The position numbers were made by a program, and so were the translations under genes. A stretch of DNA of 64,000 nt from Pirellulales bacterium (GTDB taxonomy: Bacteria > Planctomycetota > Planctomycetia > Pirellulales > Lacipirellulaceae): assembly GCA_046349975.1 (NCBI GenBank), contig JAXMBH010000002.1, forward strand, positions 128,470-192,469, in the 5' to 3' direction. The first letter of the stretch is position 1. Each line of letters begins with the position of its first letter. Positions 30,884 to 42,000 of this stretch are shown here, in pieces. A model generated the notes under the pieces. That model was not told where the DNA came from, did no database searches, and saw nothing but the letters and a program-made list of their open reading frames with translations.

Positions 30884-33118
30884 TTATTTGCCGTTGGTCG
30901 CCGCGGCGGGTTCGAGATTTGCCGGGGCGGTTGCCGTTGTTAGTGGTTCGGCGGCGATGCGTTCGGCGAACGAGCGGAGGTCGCTGAGTTCGGGCGTGTC
31001 GGCGCCGAGTTGGAAGCCGCTTTTTTCGGCGACCAAGAGGCTCACCAGCAAGCCGAGCAGGCCGCTCGTGGCGCTGGCGTCTGGCGACGTCGAGCCGCCG
31101 GCGTCGTGGCCGTTCGAACCGGCCATGAAGACGCGTTCGGGAACGAGCGGCTGCTTGCTCTGGGAGAGGTTCTTCGACACGAGCGACAGGGCGTACAACC
31201 GTGGGTCGCCGTACGAGGCGATGCGTCGCAAGAGCACCGAGGCTTCGGCCAGACCGACTTGGGCGATGCGTTGCGACTGGCCGCGGCCGGCGAGTTGTTC
31301 GCGTTCGGCGGCGGCTTTCGCCAGCACGACCGTTTGCTCGGCCTCGCGGCGTGAGCGGGCGAGCTCGGCGTCGGCGACGACGATCGTCTGCTCGGCCTTT
31401 TTGCGGGCCATCGCCAGGTCGGCTTCGCTTTGGCTCTCGGCAACTTGCACGTTGACGCGAGCGTTCGTGAGCTTCGTCTGCATGTCGGCATGGGCTTCGG
31501 CTTCGAGCAGCACGCGGCGTTTTTCGGCTGCGATGCGTTGGCGGTCGTATGTTTCCACTTGCTCGGTCGACAGTTGGCGTTGCCGCAACTGTTCGAGCAG
31601 CGTTTCGATTTTCGAGTCGCCTTCGCGCGGGTCGGGCTTGCCGATGAGCACGTCGACGCATTCGATATCGAACTCGTGAAACTTCTCGCGGAGCTTCTCA
31701 CGGGCTTCGCCCTGGATCTTCTGCCGTTCGTGCAGCAGCTCGAGCATGGTCTTGGTGTGGGCGATATCGCGGAAGAACGCGCTGAGCATCGGGTCGAGCG
31801 TTTGCGTGATGAGTTTCTTCACGTCGCCAAAGCGTTGGATAACGCCCGGGGCACGCTCGTAGTCGATATGCACCACGACCGAGAGCGGGAGCAGCGGCTC
31901 GTAGGCGTCTTTCGTCACGAGGTCGATCGATTTGAGACTTTCGTCATAACGATGCGACTCGCTTTTGCCCGTGATCCAATGGAGCACGAAGTTGGTGGTG
32001 GGCACGAGGACGATGCTGCCGGCGAACGTGTTGAACGCGTATTTGCCGGGGCCGAGCGGCCGCATGCGCACGCCGCGTTCGCCTTCGCCGACGCGTTCAC
32101 CATGGCGGAAGCCGGTGCCGGTGAGGTCCTGGCCTTCGCGTCCGTAGTAGCTCACGACGACGCCGACGTAGCCGATCGGCACGACGGTTTTTGGAATGAG
32201 CTCGACCGAGGCGAACCAGCGGTTGATGAAGTAGGTACCATCGGTGAGCGGCACATACTGCCGACCACGCCGACCACCGGCCGCGAGGAAGGCTTCGGGA
32301 TCCTGGTAGTTGTTGTGATAGTTCGGTTCGCTGGCGTTCGTGCCGACGGCTGGAGCGATAATTTCGCCGGGGGCGAGCGACGGACCGTCTTGGATCGTGA
32401 CGATGCCGATGCTGTCGACTTCGCAATCTTGGTCGGCATCGAACGGGTCGGCCGCGTGCATTTTGCGACCGATGACGACGGGGCTGAAGCCGTCGACGGC
32501 GAGCAGAGCGTCGCGCCATTGCAGGATCGCCTGCCACTCGCTTTTCTCGACGAGGTCATCGAGTGCGTGGACCTTCGATTCGGTGATGACGGTGAATACG
32601 GCAAGGTTAATGGCGTACACGCCTTCGCGGAGGATGCCGCGCTGGCGACCGCGTTGACCGGCATCGGGGCCGGCGAGGAACGCGGCGGCGTCTTGGAAGT
32701 TATTGCAATCGACGAGGCGGCCGAGCGTTTGGCTCGAGGGCAGCGGCTCGCCGTCGCGGGCGTACACGTAGCCGATCTTGCCTTCGGAGATGGTGACGAG
32801 ACGGACCTTGTGCACGGCGTATTGCCATCGCCAGAGTCCGATGTGGACGCCACCGCGGAGGAGCGCGGCCTGATAGCCGGCTTCGCCGCCCAGGGCGATG
32901 ATGCGGCCTTCGCCGACCGAGCCGCTGGAGGACCAGAGCTTTTCGACAATGCCGACGTAATCGTTCGGAATGTAGCGGAGCGCGAGCCAGATCCAGAGGA
33001 GCGGCAGGAGCACGAGCGCGGCCATCACGACGAGCGTGGTGGTGGTGAACTCGAACCAGATTTCAGCGGGGGCGAGAACTGGGAGGATCCAGTTCGCCAG
33101 GGAAAAAGTGGTAAACAT
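30884..33118 (-). CDS. flotillin-like SPFH/band-7 domain membrane protein
   Basis: N-terminal TM helices are followed by an SPFH domain and a long Ala/Glu/Gln-rich coiled coil (EAEAHADMQTKL...AELARSRREAEQ), which is typical of flotillins (YqiK/FloT-like). The start was moved to M75 of the tracked ORF (MFTTFSLANW) at 33118, which has an AAAGGAAC ribosome-binding site. Confidence 0.7.
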   Translation of the reverse strand: MFTTFSLANWILPVLAPAEIWFEFTTTTLVVMAALVLLPLLWIWLALRYIPNDYVGIVEKLWSSSGSVGEGRIIALGGEAGYQAALLRGGVHIGLWRWQYAVHKVRLVTISEGKIGYVYARDGEPLPSSQTLGRLVDCNNFQDAAAFLAGPDAGQRGRQRGILREGVYAINLAVFTVITESKVHALDDLVEKSEWQAILQWRDALLAVDGFSPVVIGRKMHAADPFDADQDCEVDSIGIVTIQDGPSLAPGEIIAPAVGTNASEPNYHNNYQDPEAFLAAGGRRGRQYVPLTDGTYFINRWFASVELIPKTVVPIGYVGVVVSYYGREGQDLTGTGFRHGERVGEGERGVRMRPLGPGKYAFNTFAGSIVLVPTTNFVLHWITGKSESHRYDESLKSIDLVTKDAYEPLLPLSVVVHIDYERAPGVIQRFGDVKKLITQTLDPMLSAFFRDIAHTKTMLELLHERQKIQGEAREKLREKFHEFDIECVDVLIGKPDPREGDSKIETLLEQLRQRQLSTEQVETYDRQRIAAEKRRVLLEAEAHADMQTKLTNARVNVQVAESQSEADLAMARKKAEQTIVVADAELARSRREAEQTVVLAKAAAEREQLAGRGQSQRIAQVGLAEASVLLRRIASYGDPRLYALSLVSKNLSQSKQPLVPERVFMAGSNGHDAGGSTSPDASATSGLLGLLVSLLVAEKSGFQLGADTPELSDLRSFAERIAAEPLTTATAPANLEPAAATNGK

Positions 33119-33757
33119 GCGACGTTCCTTTCGTTGTGGTGCGCAGTTGTAGTGGGCACGCTCTGCGTGCCGTAACTGGAGCACAAATGGCTGTTTGCGA
33201 TGGGTAATGCGGCGGCTGTTGCTGGAGGTCCAGCAACGGGCACGGCGGAGCGTGCCTGCTACACTAGTTCGCACGCCAGAACGGTGGTGCTTATCGCCGC
33301 AGCGCAGTGGCGAAGAAAGCCCTTCCACTTGGCCGAACAACGCGTTCGACCGGCCGACGAGGTTAGCTGACGGGCTAGGGCTGGAAAGTGCCCCGATGGA
33401 TTGGAGTCGAGAGCTGAGAGTCGAGAGTCAAGAGCCAGAGTGTTGTACTGACCTGATCACCGATATCCGAGATCCCACGACTTCAGATCGCATCTGCGCC
33501 CCGTGGAGAACTTGTGTGGTTGTTTGCTTGCGCCCGCACTTGTTCGCCGTTTGGGTCCCCCGCTGCCGCGTCTGGCGACGTGGCATTAGGCTGCGTGACG
33601 CTCATTATAACGTCACAAGGCATTCGCCGTAGAAGTGCGAATATTGGGCAGATTGCAACTGGTTATGGCTGTGGGAATTGCTCAAAATGGGACGGCTTTA
33701 AGTGGCGTTGACGGGTGATGAGTAGCGACCACGACATGAAGTGAAAAAAACGTATTC

Positions 33758-33834
33758 ACCACGGATAGCACGGATGACACGGATATGAAAAGGAAGCTTG
33801 CTATTCCCATCAGTGATATCCGTGTTATCCGTGG
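33758..33834. promoter_or_regulatory. AT-rich repeat array of the heptamer CACGGAT (3 direct copies and 2 inverted copies) immediately upstream of the PQQ-propeller gene
   Basis: ACCACGGAT-AGCACGGAT-GACACGGAT-at...ATATCCGTG-TTATCCGTG-G. The AT-rich context is unusual for this genome. It ends 25 nt before the ATG at 33860. Confidence 0.4.
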
Positions 33835-33859
33835 TAAATAAATTCGGAGCGCCATACAG

Positions 33860-35098
33860 ATGATCGTGCGAATCCCTCTCTTGATGTTGTCGCTGTTGAT
33901 TGGTTCGTCATTGCACGCCGCGGACTGGCCGCAGTTTCGGGGGCCGACGGGGGATGGTGTTTCGACGGCGAAGAATGTGCCCGTCGAGTGGAGCGCGACC
34001 GAGCATGTGGCTTGGAAGCAGGCGGTGCCGGGCGTGGGGTGGTCGTCGCCGGTACTGGTGGGCGGCAGGATTTATTTGACGACGGCTGTGGGTAAAGACG
34101 GCGCGCCGGTGTCGTTGCGGGCGATGTGTTTCGCTGCCAGTGACGGTCACACGTTGTGGGACGCGGAGCTATTTCGTCCCGAAGCCGGTCCGGCCAAGGA
34201 GATGCACGGGAAGAACAGTCTGGCGAGCCCGACGCCGATCGTGGCGGGCGATCGAGTTTATGTTCACTTCGGACATTTGGGGACGGCCGCACTCGATCTG
34301 GCAGGCAATGTCGTGTGGCGGCAGAGTGCGCTCGCGTATCATCCGCAGCATGGCAATGGCGGGTCGCCGGTGCTAGTGGGCGACGTGCTGGTGTTTAGCT
34401 GCGATGGCCGGGAGGGCCCGTTCATCGCGGCGCTGGATTGTAAGACGGGCGATGTGCGGTGGAAGGTTGATCGCGAGACGACGGCGAAGAAGACGTTTTC
34501 ATTCAGCACGCCGGCGGTGATCGATGTCGATGGGCAGACGCAGGTGATTTCGCCCGGCAGCGGATTGGTGGGAGCGTACGATCCACGCGATGGCCGCGAG
34601 ATTTGGCGGGTGCGGTACGGCGAGGGTTACTCGGTGGTGCCGCGGCCAGTGTTTGCGAAGGGGTTATTGTTTTTAGCGTCGGGTTATGATCGGGCGATGT
34701 TGTATGCGATCAATCCGCAGGGGGCGCAGGGCGACGCCACGGATACGAACGTAGCATGGACGGCTGAGAAGGGCGCGCCGCTGACGCCGTCGGTCGTCGT
34801 GGTTGGCGATGAGATTTACTTCGTGTCGGACAATGGCGTAGCGACGTGTGCCGATGCCAAGACCGGGAAGGTGTACTGGACGAAGCGGCTGGGCGGGAAC
34901 TATTCGGCATCGCCTGTGGCGGCGGAGGGTCGGATATATTTTCTTAGCGAAGAAGGCGCGACGACGGTCGTGCGGGCGGCAAAGGAATTTGACGCGCTCG
35001 CGAAGAATGAACTGGGGGAGCGGGCGCTGGCATCGCCGGCGGTGGATGAGGGGACGATTTATTTGCGCACGGAAGGGGCGCTGTGGAAGATCCAGTGA
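33860..35098 (+). CDS. PQQ-like beta-propeller repeat protein (BamB/YfgL-like), secreted
   Basis: Signal peptide (MIVRIPLLMLSLLIGSSLHA) followed by repeated PQQ-type motifs (AxDxxTGxxxW, e.g. ALDCKTGDVRW and CADAKTGKVYW). 412 aa. Confidence 0.75.
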   Translation: MIVRIPLLMLSLLIGSSLHAADWPQFRGPTGDGVSTAKNVPVEWSATEHVAWKQAVPGVGWSSPVLVGGRIYLTTAVGKDGAPVSLRAMCFAASDGHTLWDAELFRPEAGPAKEMHGKNSLASPTPIVAGDRVYVHFGHLGTAALDLAGNVVWRQSALAYHPQHGNGGSPVLVGDVLVFSCDGREGPFIAALDCKTGDVRWKVDRETTAKKTFSFSTPAVIDVDGQTQVISPGSGLVGAYDPRDGREIWRVRYGEGYSVVPRPVFAKGLLFLASGYDRAMLYAINPQGAQGDATDTNVAWTAEKGAPLTPSVVVVGDEIYFVSDNGVATCADAKTGKVYWTKRLGGNYSASPVAAEGRIYFLSEEGATTVVRAAKEFDALAKNELGERALASPAVDEGTIYLRTEGALWKIQ

Positions 35099-35228
35099 AG
35101 TTTGCTAGTGGATAGTTGATAGTTGTGGGCTCAATAGAATTGGACTGCTACGTGAATCGGGTTTTGAGAATTCGTTGAAAGCTACGAGGTGGTCGCATCC
35201 GGGCAGAAACAAACCTGAAAGGGAGGTT

Positions 35229-35483
35229 TCGATGTCAATGAAACTGCGTTCGGCACTGGCTGGATTGGCGATAATCATGCTGGGATGGTTCGTCGCCGCG
35301 CAATCGTCATCACGCGGGGAAGGATCGACTCAGGGAATACAACGCTGGCAGTACCACATCGAAATAGCTTCGGAAATTACCGAGGCCAACGCGAGTGCCT
35401 TGGGTGCGGACGGCTGGGAGCTAGTGACGGTCTTCCAACAGCACGAAGGGCAGTTTCGGGCGATCTTCAAACGCAAGGGTTAA
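35229..35483 (+). CDS. DUF4177 domain protein with N-terminal signal/TM segment
   Basis: The C-terminal 60 aa match the DUF4177 pattern (W-x-Y-H ... ALGADGWELVTV ... AIFKRK). The start was chosen at MSMKL, which has GGGAGG 5 nt upstream. The ORF track begins at 35175. Confidence 0.5.
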   Translation, partial: SMSMKLRSALAGLAIIMLGWFVAAQSSSRGEGSTQGIQRWQYHIEIASEITEANASALGADGWELVTVFQQHEGQFRAIFKRKG

Positions 35484-35519
35484 CGAGCGCGGCCGACATC
35501 GTGGTGGCCGTTGTGCGAA

Positions 35520-36938
35520 TTATTGCGTGGCATTGGCAACTGTATCGCTTTGCCAATAGCTCGGTACTTGTGGTTTTGTTTGCTGCACGATTTCGGCGAT
35601 TGCCAGGCGATCGGCGGGCGTGAGATGGTCGAAGCGAGGCTCTTTCAGTTTGCCGGTGAGCACATCCCACAAGCGCTGCCACACGTAGGCCCGCATTTCC
35701 TCCGGCAGCGCGTCGAAGCTGGGTGAATAGATGAGGTAGCTGCAGGGGTATTGAAAGAGCCGCGTTTTGAGGTCGAAATCGCGGAGTGAGCGGCCATGGG
35801 AGTCGCGCGGGCCGCGGGCGGCGAATTCGGCGGCGAAGGTCGAGGTGCCGCGGATTTCGTCGGTGAGCGGGGCTTCGTCGACGAAGAGCAGCGCGTCGAC
35901 GAGCTTGTCGCCGGCGTTCTGGATGCGGTGCGTGACGCTTTCGAGCCGGTTCGTGGCGGGCTCGCCGAGTGCGCGGTTGATTTCTGTTTGATAGTAGAGT
36001 GCACTGCGGGCTTCAAAGTTTGCGCGGGTGATGCGGTTGTGCATCGTGGTTTGGTGTTCGAGCACCATAAGGGCGACGATGTCGCTGTGGGGCGCGAGGT
36101 AATGGTCGGTGGCAAAGCGCTCGCTGAGCGAAGTCAGGTTTTCGCCGGTGGAGTTATCGACGGGCTCGTGCACTTCCGAGGTCGCGACGACTAGATTGCC
36201 GAGATGTTTTTGTTTGCCGTGGGTGCCGGTGACGTACCAACCGCCCCAGCGGTGTTCGAGCGGCGTGGTGTAGTCGACGGTGTAGCCGCCGGCGGAAAGG
36301 AGGGGCTCGCCGCTCTTGCTTGTGAAGAGCGAGCGAGCGAGGAGGCCGGGGACGCTCTCGCTACGTGAGGAACTGTGACACACAAGGCAGTTCTCGGTTT
36401 GACGTTGGATGTGCGCGGCGTCGGTCTTCTTCTGGTCGACCGTGTAGAACACCGTGCCGAGCTGCGGATCGATCGCGGCGACTTCGAGGACATCGCCATT
36501 GCGGCAGTAGCCGATGTAAGTGTCGTCGTTGAAGTAGACAGCCCGCGGCGTGCGGGGGCTAATGCGAGCCCGCTGCAAGCTCGTCTTGGAGAAGACGAGC
36601 ATTTGCGAGGAGATCGGCACGTGAGTCGCCTTGAGGAGGGCGGGCAGGTAGCCGAGGTTGTTGTCGAAGTCGAGTTTTTGTTCGCCGCTGTCGAGACGGG
36701 AGATGAGATCGGCGACGCGGTTATGGGGCGTAGACCTCGTGTATTCGATGGGAGGGCGTTCGAAATCGTCTTCGGCGTGGCAGCGTGAAGCTGTGCCGAC
36801 GGCGAAGGTTGCGACGAACGCAGCAAGATAATAGAAACGGACGGCGGTCGGCCGAGGACAGTGGCGGGACCGCGCTCGGCTTCGCGAAGCCTTGGCCTCG
36901 CGGCTAAACGGTTCGGGGTGGCGCATGTGACTCACCAT
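35520..36938 (-). CDS. secreted protein with single CXXCH heme-c binding motif (cytochrome-c-like domain protein)
   Basis: 472 aa. It has a signal peptide, a single ENCLVCHSS CXXCH motif and non-repetitive composition. It is divergent from the rrf2 gene, with a palindrome in the shared intergenic region. Confidence 0.5.
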   Translation of the reverse strand: MVSHMRHPEPFSREAKASRSRARSRHCPRPTAVRFYYLAAFVATFAVGTASRCHAEDDFERPPIEYTRSTPHNRVADLISRLDSGEQKLDFDNNLGYLPALLKATHVPISSQMLVFSKTSLQRARISPRTPRAVYFNDDTYIGYCRNGDVLEVAAIDPQLGTVFYTVDQKKTDAAHIQRQTENCLVCHSSSRSESVPGLLARSLFTSKSGEPLLSAGGYTVDYTTPLEHRWGGWYVTGTHGKQKHLGNLVVATSEVHEPVDNSTGENLTSLSERFATDHYLAPHSDIVALMVLEHQTTMHNRITRANFEARSALYYQTEINRALGEPATNRLESVTHRIQNAGDKLVDALLFVDEAPLTDEIRGTSTFAAEFAARGPRDSHGRSLRDFDLKTRLFQYPCSYLIYSPSFDALPEEMRAYVWQRLWDVLTGKLKEPRFDHLTPADRLAIAEIVQQTKPQVPSYWQSDTVANATQ

Positions 36939-36963
36939 TTTGCGGCCAGCGGTTTGTATTGAA

Positions 36964-36985
36964 TTCTACACACAGATGTGTAGAA
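36964..36985. promoter_or_regulatory. 9-N4-9 perfect palindrome TTCTACACA-caga-TGTGTAGAA between the divergent CXXCH gene and rrf2: candidate Rrf2 operator
   Basis: Read directly from the sequence. It lies 28 nt upstream of the rrf2 start, inside a 75-nt divergent intergenic region. Confidence 0.5.
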
Positions 36986-37012
36986 TAAGCAATTGGGTCT
37001 GGAGCCTTTGCG

Positions 37013-37441
37013 ATGTTGCCGAAAACATCTGAATACGCGCTGCGCGCTGCCGTATGGCTGGGGCGGGAGCCCGAGAGCACCGAATCGGCCGATGAGCTGG
37101 CGAAGGTGACGAAGGTTCCCCGGCGGTATTTGCACAAGGTGCTGCAAGACCTGGTGCATGCGGGGCTGGTGCGTTCGCAGCCAGGGCCTGGCGGCGGTTA
37201 CGGGCTCGCAAAGAAGCCGAATGCGATTTCGATTCTAGACGTGGTGAATGCGGTGGCACCGCTGGAACGGATTCGCGGCTGCCCATTGGGGCTTAAGTCG
37301 CACACAAGTTTGTGCCCGTTACACAAAGAACTCGATGAAGTGTATGCGACGATAGAAGAGTCGCTGGCGCGGGTGACGATTGGGCAGCTGCTGACGTCGA
37401 CGCGGGATATTGTGCCGCTGTGCGAAGTGGGGCCGCGGTAG
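37013..37441 (+). CDS. Rrf2-family transcriptional regulator (IscR/NsrR-like, 3 Cys)
   Basis: N-terminal wHTH SEYALRA...L, three C-terminal cysteines ([15 protein letters not shown], plus one further Cys) typical of Fe-S-binding Rrf2 proteins. 142 aa. Confidence 0.85.
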   Translation: MLPKTSEYALRAAVWLGREPESTESADELAKVTKVPRRYLHKVLQDLVHAGLVRSQPGPGGGYGLAKKPNAISILDVVNAVAPLERIRGCPLGLKSHTSLCPLHKELDEVYATIEESLARVTIGQLLTSTRDIVPLCEVGPR

Positions 37442-37561
37442 GCTTGTTCATTTCGGGAAGTTTATCAGGACCCTGGCGCGGCAGGGCATTCTCGAAGTTC
37501 GTGGCTCGATGCGCTGTTGGGGTGCGTCGCGCCTGAGCTGGATGGTGCCCACTCGTCGAGA

Positions 37562-37987
37562 CTATGAGGCGAGCTTTGCATCCATCGTGACTTTGGTGTT
37601 GAGGAGGCGCGAGATGGGGCAGCCGGCTTTGGCATTGTTGGCGGCAGCTTCAAAGGCTTTCTGATCGGCGCCCGGGATTTTCACGCTGACGTCGAGGTGA
37701 GATTCGGTCACGGTGAAACCGGCGTCGGTTTTTTCCATCGTGATCGTGCAGAGCGTTTTGATTTCAGTGGCGGTCATGCCGGCGTTGCCGAGTTGGCCGG
37801 AAAGGGCCATCGAGAAGCAGCCGGCGTGGGCGGCGGCGATAAGCTCTTCGGGATTCGTGCCCTTGCCTTCTTCGAAGCGGGTGTTGAATGAGTACTGGGT
37901 GCTGGAAAGAACGCCGCTGTCGGTCGAGATCGTACCTTTGCCGTCTTTGAGGCCGCCGCTCCAAACTGCCGAGGCTTGCCGCTTCAT
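37562..37987 (-). CDS. OsmC/Ohr-family peroxiredoxin
   Basis: Has the two conserved Cys (AAAHAGCFSM and KAGCPIS) and the OsmC fold pattern. The start was moved to MKRQASAVW to give the typical 142 aa. Confidence 0.8.
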   Translation of the reverse strand: MKRQASAVWSGGLKDGKGTISTDSGVLSSTQYSFNTRFEEGKGTNPEELIAAAHAGCFSMALSGQLGNAGMTATEIKTLCTITMEKTDAGFTVTESHLDVSVKIPGADQKAFEAAANNAKAGCPISRLLNTKVTMDAKLAS

Positions 37988-38232
37988 GGTTTTGCTCCTG
38001 TCTATACGATTTGACGATGTATTTCGGGGACCGCTCATATTGCGCGAGGAGTGGCGGTTCGCCAAGGGGGTAGAGTGGAAGAAGTATGTAGCAGGATTCC
38101 GGATTGCGGTGGCGTTCCGGCTAGTTGGGACTGCTTCGTTGAACTCGATTAGCCGGCCGACTTAACAACTTGTTTGGTGACTGAATTCTTGCGAATTCAG
38201 TTACAGCACGCGGAGCGTGGCTACCATATTTC

Positions 38233-38715
38233 TCAATCGACAGGGCCACGGTCGCGGGTGAAAGCCTCGGCGTACCAGGTTTGCAGCGTGAGTTCTTGCT
38301 TACGGATGCGAGCGAGCAGCATTACCCCTTCGTTGATGAGCGCCCGCGTCAGGCGGGTGGCTTTGTCTTCGTCGGGTTCGAGCTTTGGCGATTGCTCGGC
38401 GGCTCGCGTGAGTGTTTGGCGGAACTTTTCGAAAGCTTCGAGGATGGCGCAGTCCTCTTCTTTGAGCCGGTCGATCTGAGAGAGCAACTCGGGGTCTTGG
38501 TTACCGATTTCGTCATACTCTTCGGTATGAAATTGGGTCAGCTCGCGATTGAGCTTGTCAGCGGCCTCGTTGGCAGTGAGCTGGAGATGTTCGAACCAAA
38601 CCCCCAAATCGCCAGCGATAATCGGTGTGAGCAGCGCTTTCTCAAACGCGTCGAGTGCGGTTTTCAGTTCAGCGTCGGAAGTTGCTGGGGCGGATTGCTT
38701 GCCATCGGTGGTCAT
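38233..38715 (-). CDS. hypothetical acidic helical protein
   Basis: 160 aa with coding-like composition and no recognised family. It lies upstream of osmC on the same strand. Confidence 0.35.
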   Translation of the reverse strand: MTTDGKQSAPATSDAELKTALDAFEKALLTPIIAGDLGVWFEHLQLTANEAADKLNRELTQFHTEEYDEIGNQDPELLSQIDRLKEEDCAILEAFEKFRQTLTRAAEQSPKLEPDEDKATRLTRALINEGVMLLARIRKQELTLQTWYAEAFTRDRGPVD

Positions 38716-39096
38716 TCGTCGCTCCAGAGGCGCGTGTAACTGTGGTTGAAGATGTAGTTCCGCAGTTTTTTAGCAAGCGCCGCGCCAAAAAGGCGAGATG
38801 GTCAGCCAAGATTCAGTCCGGTGTATTTAGTGGCGTGTATTCGATCAGCGTGGCTCATTAATGACCAGTCGTGCTGTGGGCCCGCCGACTGAAAGCACGC
38901 ATGTGACGTGGTTTCCGGCAAATCAAGCTGATTTCAAACTGGCCCAATAAGTGCATATGTGGCCAGTCAGGCCTAGCTGGCGGCGGTGCACATTCCGTCT
39001 ATTTCCAGCATTTCTGTACACGGCGGTGCAGTTCATCGCTTCCCCGACGCATGCGTTCAGCGCTGATACCACGGTTTTGACAAGGAGAATGTCGCC

Positions 39097-42000
39097 ATGC
39101 AGATGTTGGAAGATCAAGCCGAAGCCGGATTGGATCCTCGCGCGCTTCTGACTGCTCTCAACGCGTTCAAGAAGGGGGACTTTTCCGTTCGGCTGGAGAC
39201 TGATGTTAACGGCATGGCAGGCAAGGTGGCGGCCGCGTTCAACGAAGTGCTGGAACTGAACGAGCGGCTGGTCGGCGAGTTGGATCGGATCAGTCAGGTG
39301 GTCGGTAAGGCCGGCCGGCTGAATCAACGAGCGTCGTTGGGCGAAGTTGGCGGCTCGTGGGGGCAGGCGATCAATTCAGTCAATGCGCTGATTAGCAACC
39401 TGGTGCACCCAACAGTCGAGACGAGCCGCGTCATTGGCGCCGTTGCGAAGGGCGACCTTTCGCAGACCATGGCGCTGGAGATTAACAAGCGTCCGCTGCA
39501 GGGCGAGTTCTTGCGGACGGCGAAGACCGTGAACCGGATGGTGAGCCAGCTGGGGTCATTCGCATCGGAAGTGACGCGCGTGGCGCGCGAAGTGGGTACC
39601 GACGGGAAGCTGGGCGGCCAAGCGAAGGTGCGAGGTGTGGCAGGCACGTGGAAGGACCTGACCGATAACGTGAACTTGATGGCCGGTAATCTTACGGGCC
39701 AGGTGCGGAATATCGCGGCGGTGACGACGGCCGTGGCGAACGGCGACTTGACGAAGAAGATCACCGTCGACGTGAAGGGCGAGTTCCTAGAGCTGAAGGA
39801 CACCATCAACACGATGGTGGATCAGCTGCGGTCGTTTGCGTCGGAAGTGACGCGTGTGGCCCGCGAAGTGGGTACCGACGGCAAGCTCGGCGGCCAGGCG
39901 ATGGTGGAAGGCGTTTCCGGTACGTGGAAAGACCTCACCGATAGCGTGAACTTCATGGCCAGTAATCTTACGGGCCAGGTGCGCAACATCGCCGACGTGA
40001 CGACGGCCGTGGCGAACGGCGACTTGTCGAAGAAGATTACGGTGGACGTGAAGGGTGAAATTCTCGAGCTCAAGAACACCATCAACACGATGGTGGATCA
40101 GCTGCGATCGTTCGCGGCAGAAGTGACGCGTGTGGCCCGTGAAGTCGGTACCGAAGGCAAGCTTGGCGGCCAGGCCGATGTGCGCGGCGTGGCCGGCACG
40201 TGGAAGGATCTTACCGACAGCGTGAACTTCATGGCCAGCAACCTCACAGGCCAGGTGCGCAACATCGCCGACGTGACGACGGCCGTCGCGACGGGCGACT
40301 TGTCGAAAAAGATTACGGTTGATGTGAAGGGCGAAATCCTCGAGCTCAAGAACACCATCAACACGATGGTGGACCAACTGCGGTCGTTTGCCTCGGAAGT
40401 GACGCGTGTGGCCCGCGAAGTGGGTACGGAAGGCAAGCTCGGTGGCCAGGCCGATGTGCGCGGCGTGGCCGGCACGTGGAAGGATCTTACCGACAGCGTG
40501 AACTTCATGGCCAGCAACCTCACAGGCCAGGTGCGCAACATCGCCGAAGTGAGCACGGCCGTGGCGAACGGCGACTTGTCGAAGAAGATCACAGTCGACG
40601 TGAAAGGTGAAATTCTCGAGTTGAAGGTGACCATCAACACGATGGTGGATCAGCTGCGGTCGTTTGCGTCGGAAGTGACGCGTGTAGCCCGCGAAGTGGG
40701 TACGGAAGGCAAGCTCGGTGGGCAGGCCGAGGTGAAGGGCGTGAGCGGCACGTGGAAGGATCTCACCGATAACGTGAATTCGATGGCCGGCAACCTCACC
40801 AGCCAGGTGCGCGGCATTGCGGAAGTGACAACGGCCGTGGCCAACGGCGACTTGTCGAAGAAGATTACGGTCGACGTGAAGGGCGAAATCCTGGAGCTCA
40901 AGAACACGATCAACACGCTCGTAGATCAGCTGAGTTCGTTTGCGTCGGAAGTGACGCGTGTGGCCCGCGAGGTGGGTACGGAAGGCAAGCTCGGTGGTCA
41001 GGCCGATGTGAAGGGCGTGAGCGGCACGTGGAAGGATCTCACGGACAGCGTGAACTTCATGGCCGGCAATCTCACGAGCCAGGTGCGCGGCATCGCGGAA
41101 GTGACGACAGCCGTGGCGAATGGCGACTTATCGAAGAAAATTATCGTCGATGTGAAGGGCGAAATCCTCGAGCTCAAGAACACCATCAACACGATGGTGG
41201 ACCAACTGCGGTCGTTTGCCTCGGAAGTGACGCGCGTGGCCCGCGAAGTGGGCACCGAAGGCAAACTCGGCGGTCAGGCCGACGTGCGCGGCGTATCGGG
41301 CACGTGGAAAGACCTCACCGATAACGTGAACTTCATGGCCAGCAATCTTACGGGCCAGGTGCGCAGTATCGCGGAAGTGACGACGGCCGTCGCCCGCGGC
41401 GATTTGTCGAAGAAGATCACGGTCGACGTGAAGGGCGAAATCTTGGAACTCAAGAACACCATCAACACGATGGTGGATCAGCTGAGCTCATTCGCCTCGG
41501 AGGTGACGCGTGTGGCCCGCGAAGTGGGTACGGAAGGCAAGCTCGGTGGTCAGGCGGAGGTGAAAGGTGTTTCCGGTACGTGGAAGGACCTCACCGATAA
41601 CGTGAACTCGATGGCCGGCAACCTCACGAGCCAGGTGCGGGGTATCGCGAAGGTCGTGACGGCTGTGGCCAATGGCGACTTGAAGCGGAAATTGACGGTG
41701 GAAGCGAAAGGCGAAATCGCCGCGCTGGCGGATACGATCAACGGCATGATCGAGACGCTGGCCACGTTCGCCGATCAGGTGACGACAGTCGCCCGTGAAG
41801 TGGGTGTGCAAGGCCGGTTGGGCGGTCAGGCGAGCGTGCCGGGCGCTGCCGGTACGTGGAAGGCGCTGACCGACAATGTGAATCAGCTCGCCGCGAATCT
41901 CACGACGCAGGTGCGGGCCATTGCCGAAGTGGCCACCGCCGTGACGAAGGGCGACCTCACGCGATCGATCTCGGTCGAGGCCCAAGGTGAGGTGGCCGCT

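Noticed and set aside
30849-31701. Arg-rich 270-aa and 219-aa ORFs on the minus strand and 314-aa ORF on the plus strand overlapping the flotillin gene
   Set aside because: These are alternative frames of the Ala/Glu/Arg-codon-rich coiled-coil region. The flotillin frame has TM helices, an SPFH domain and a coiled coil, which makes a coherent architecture.
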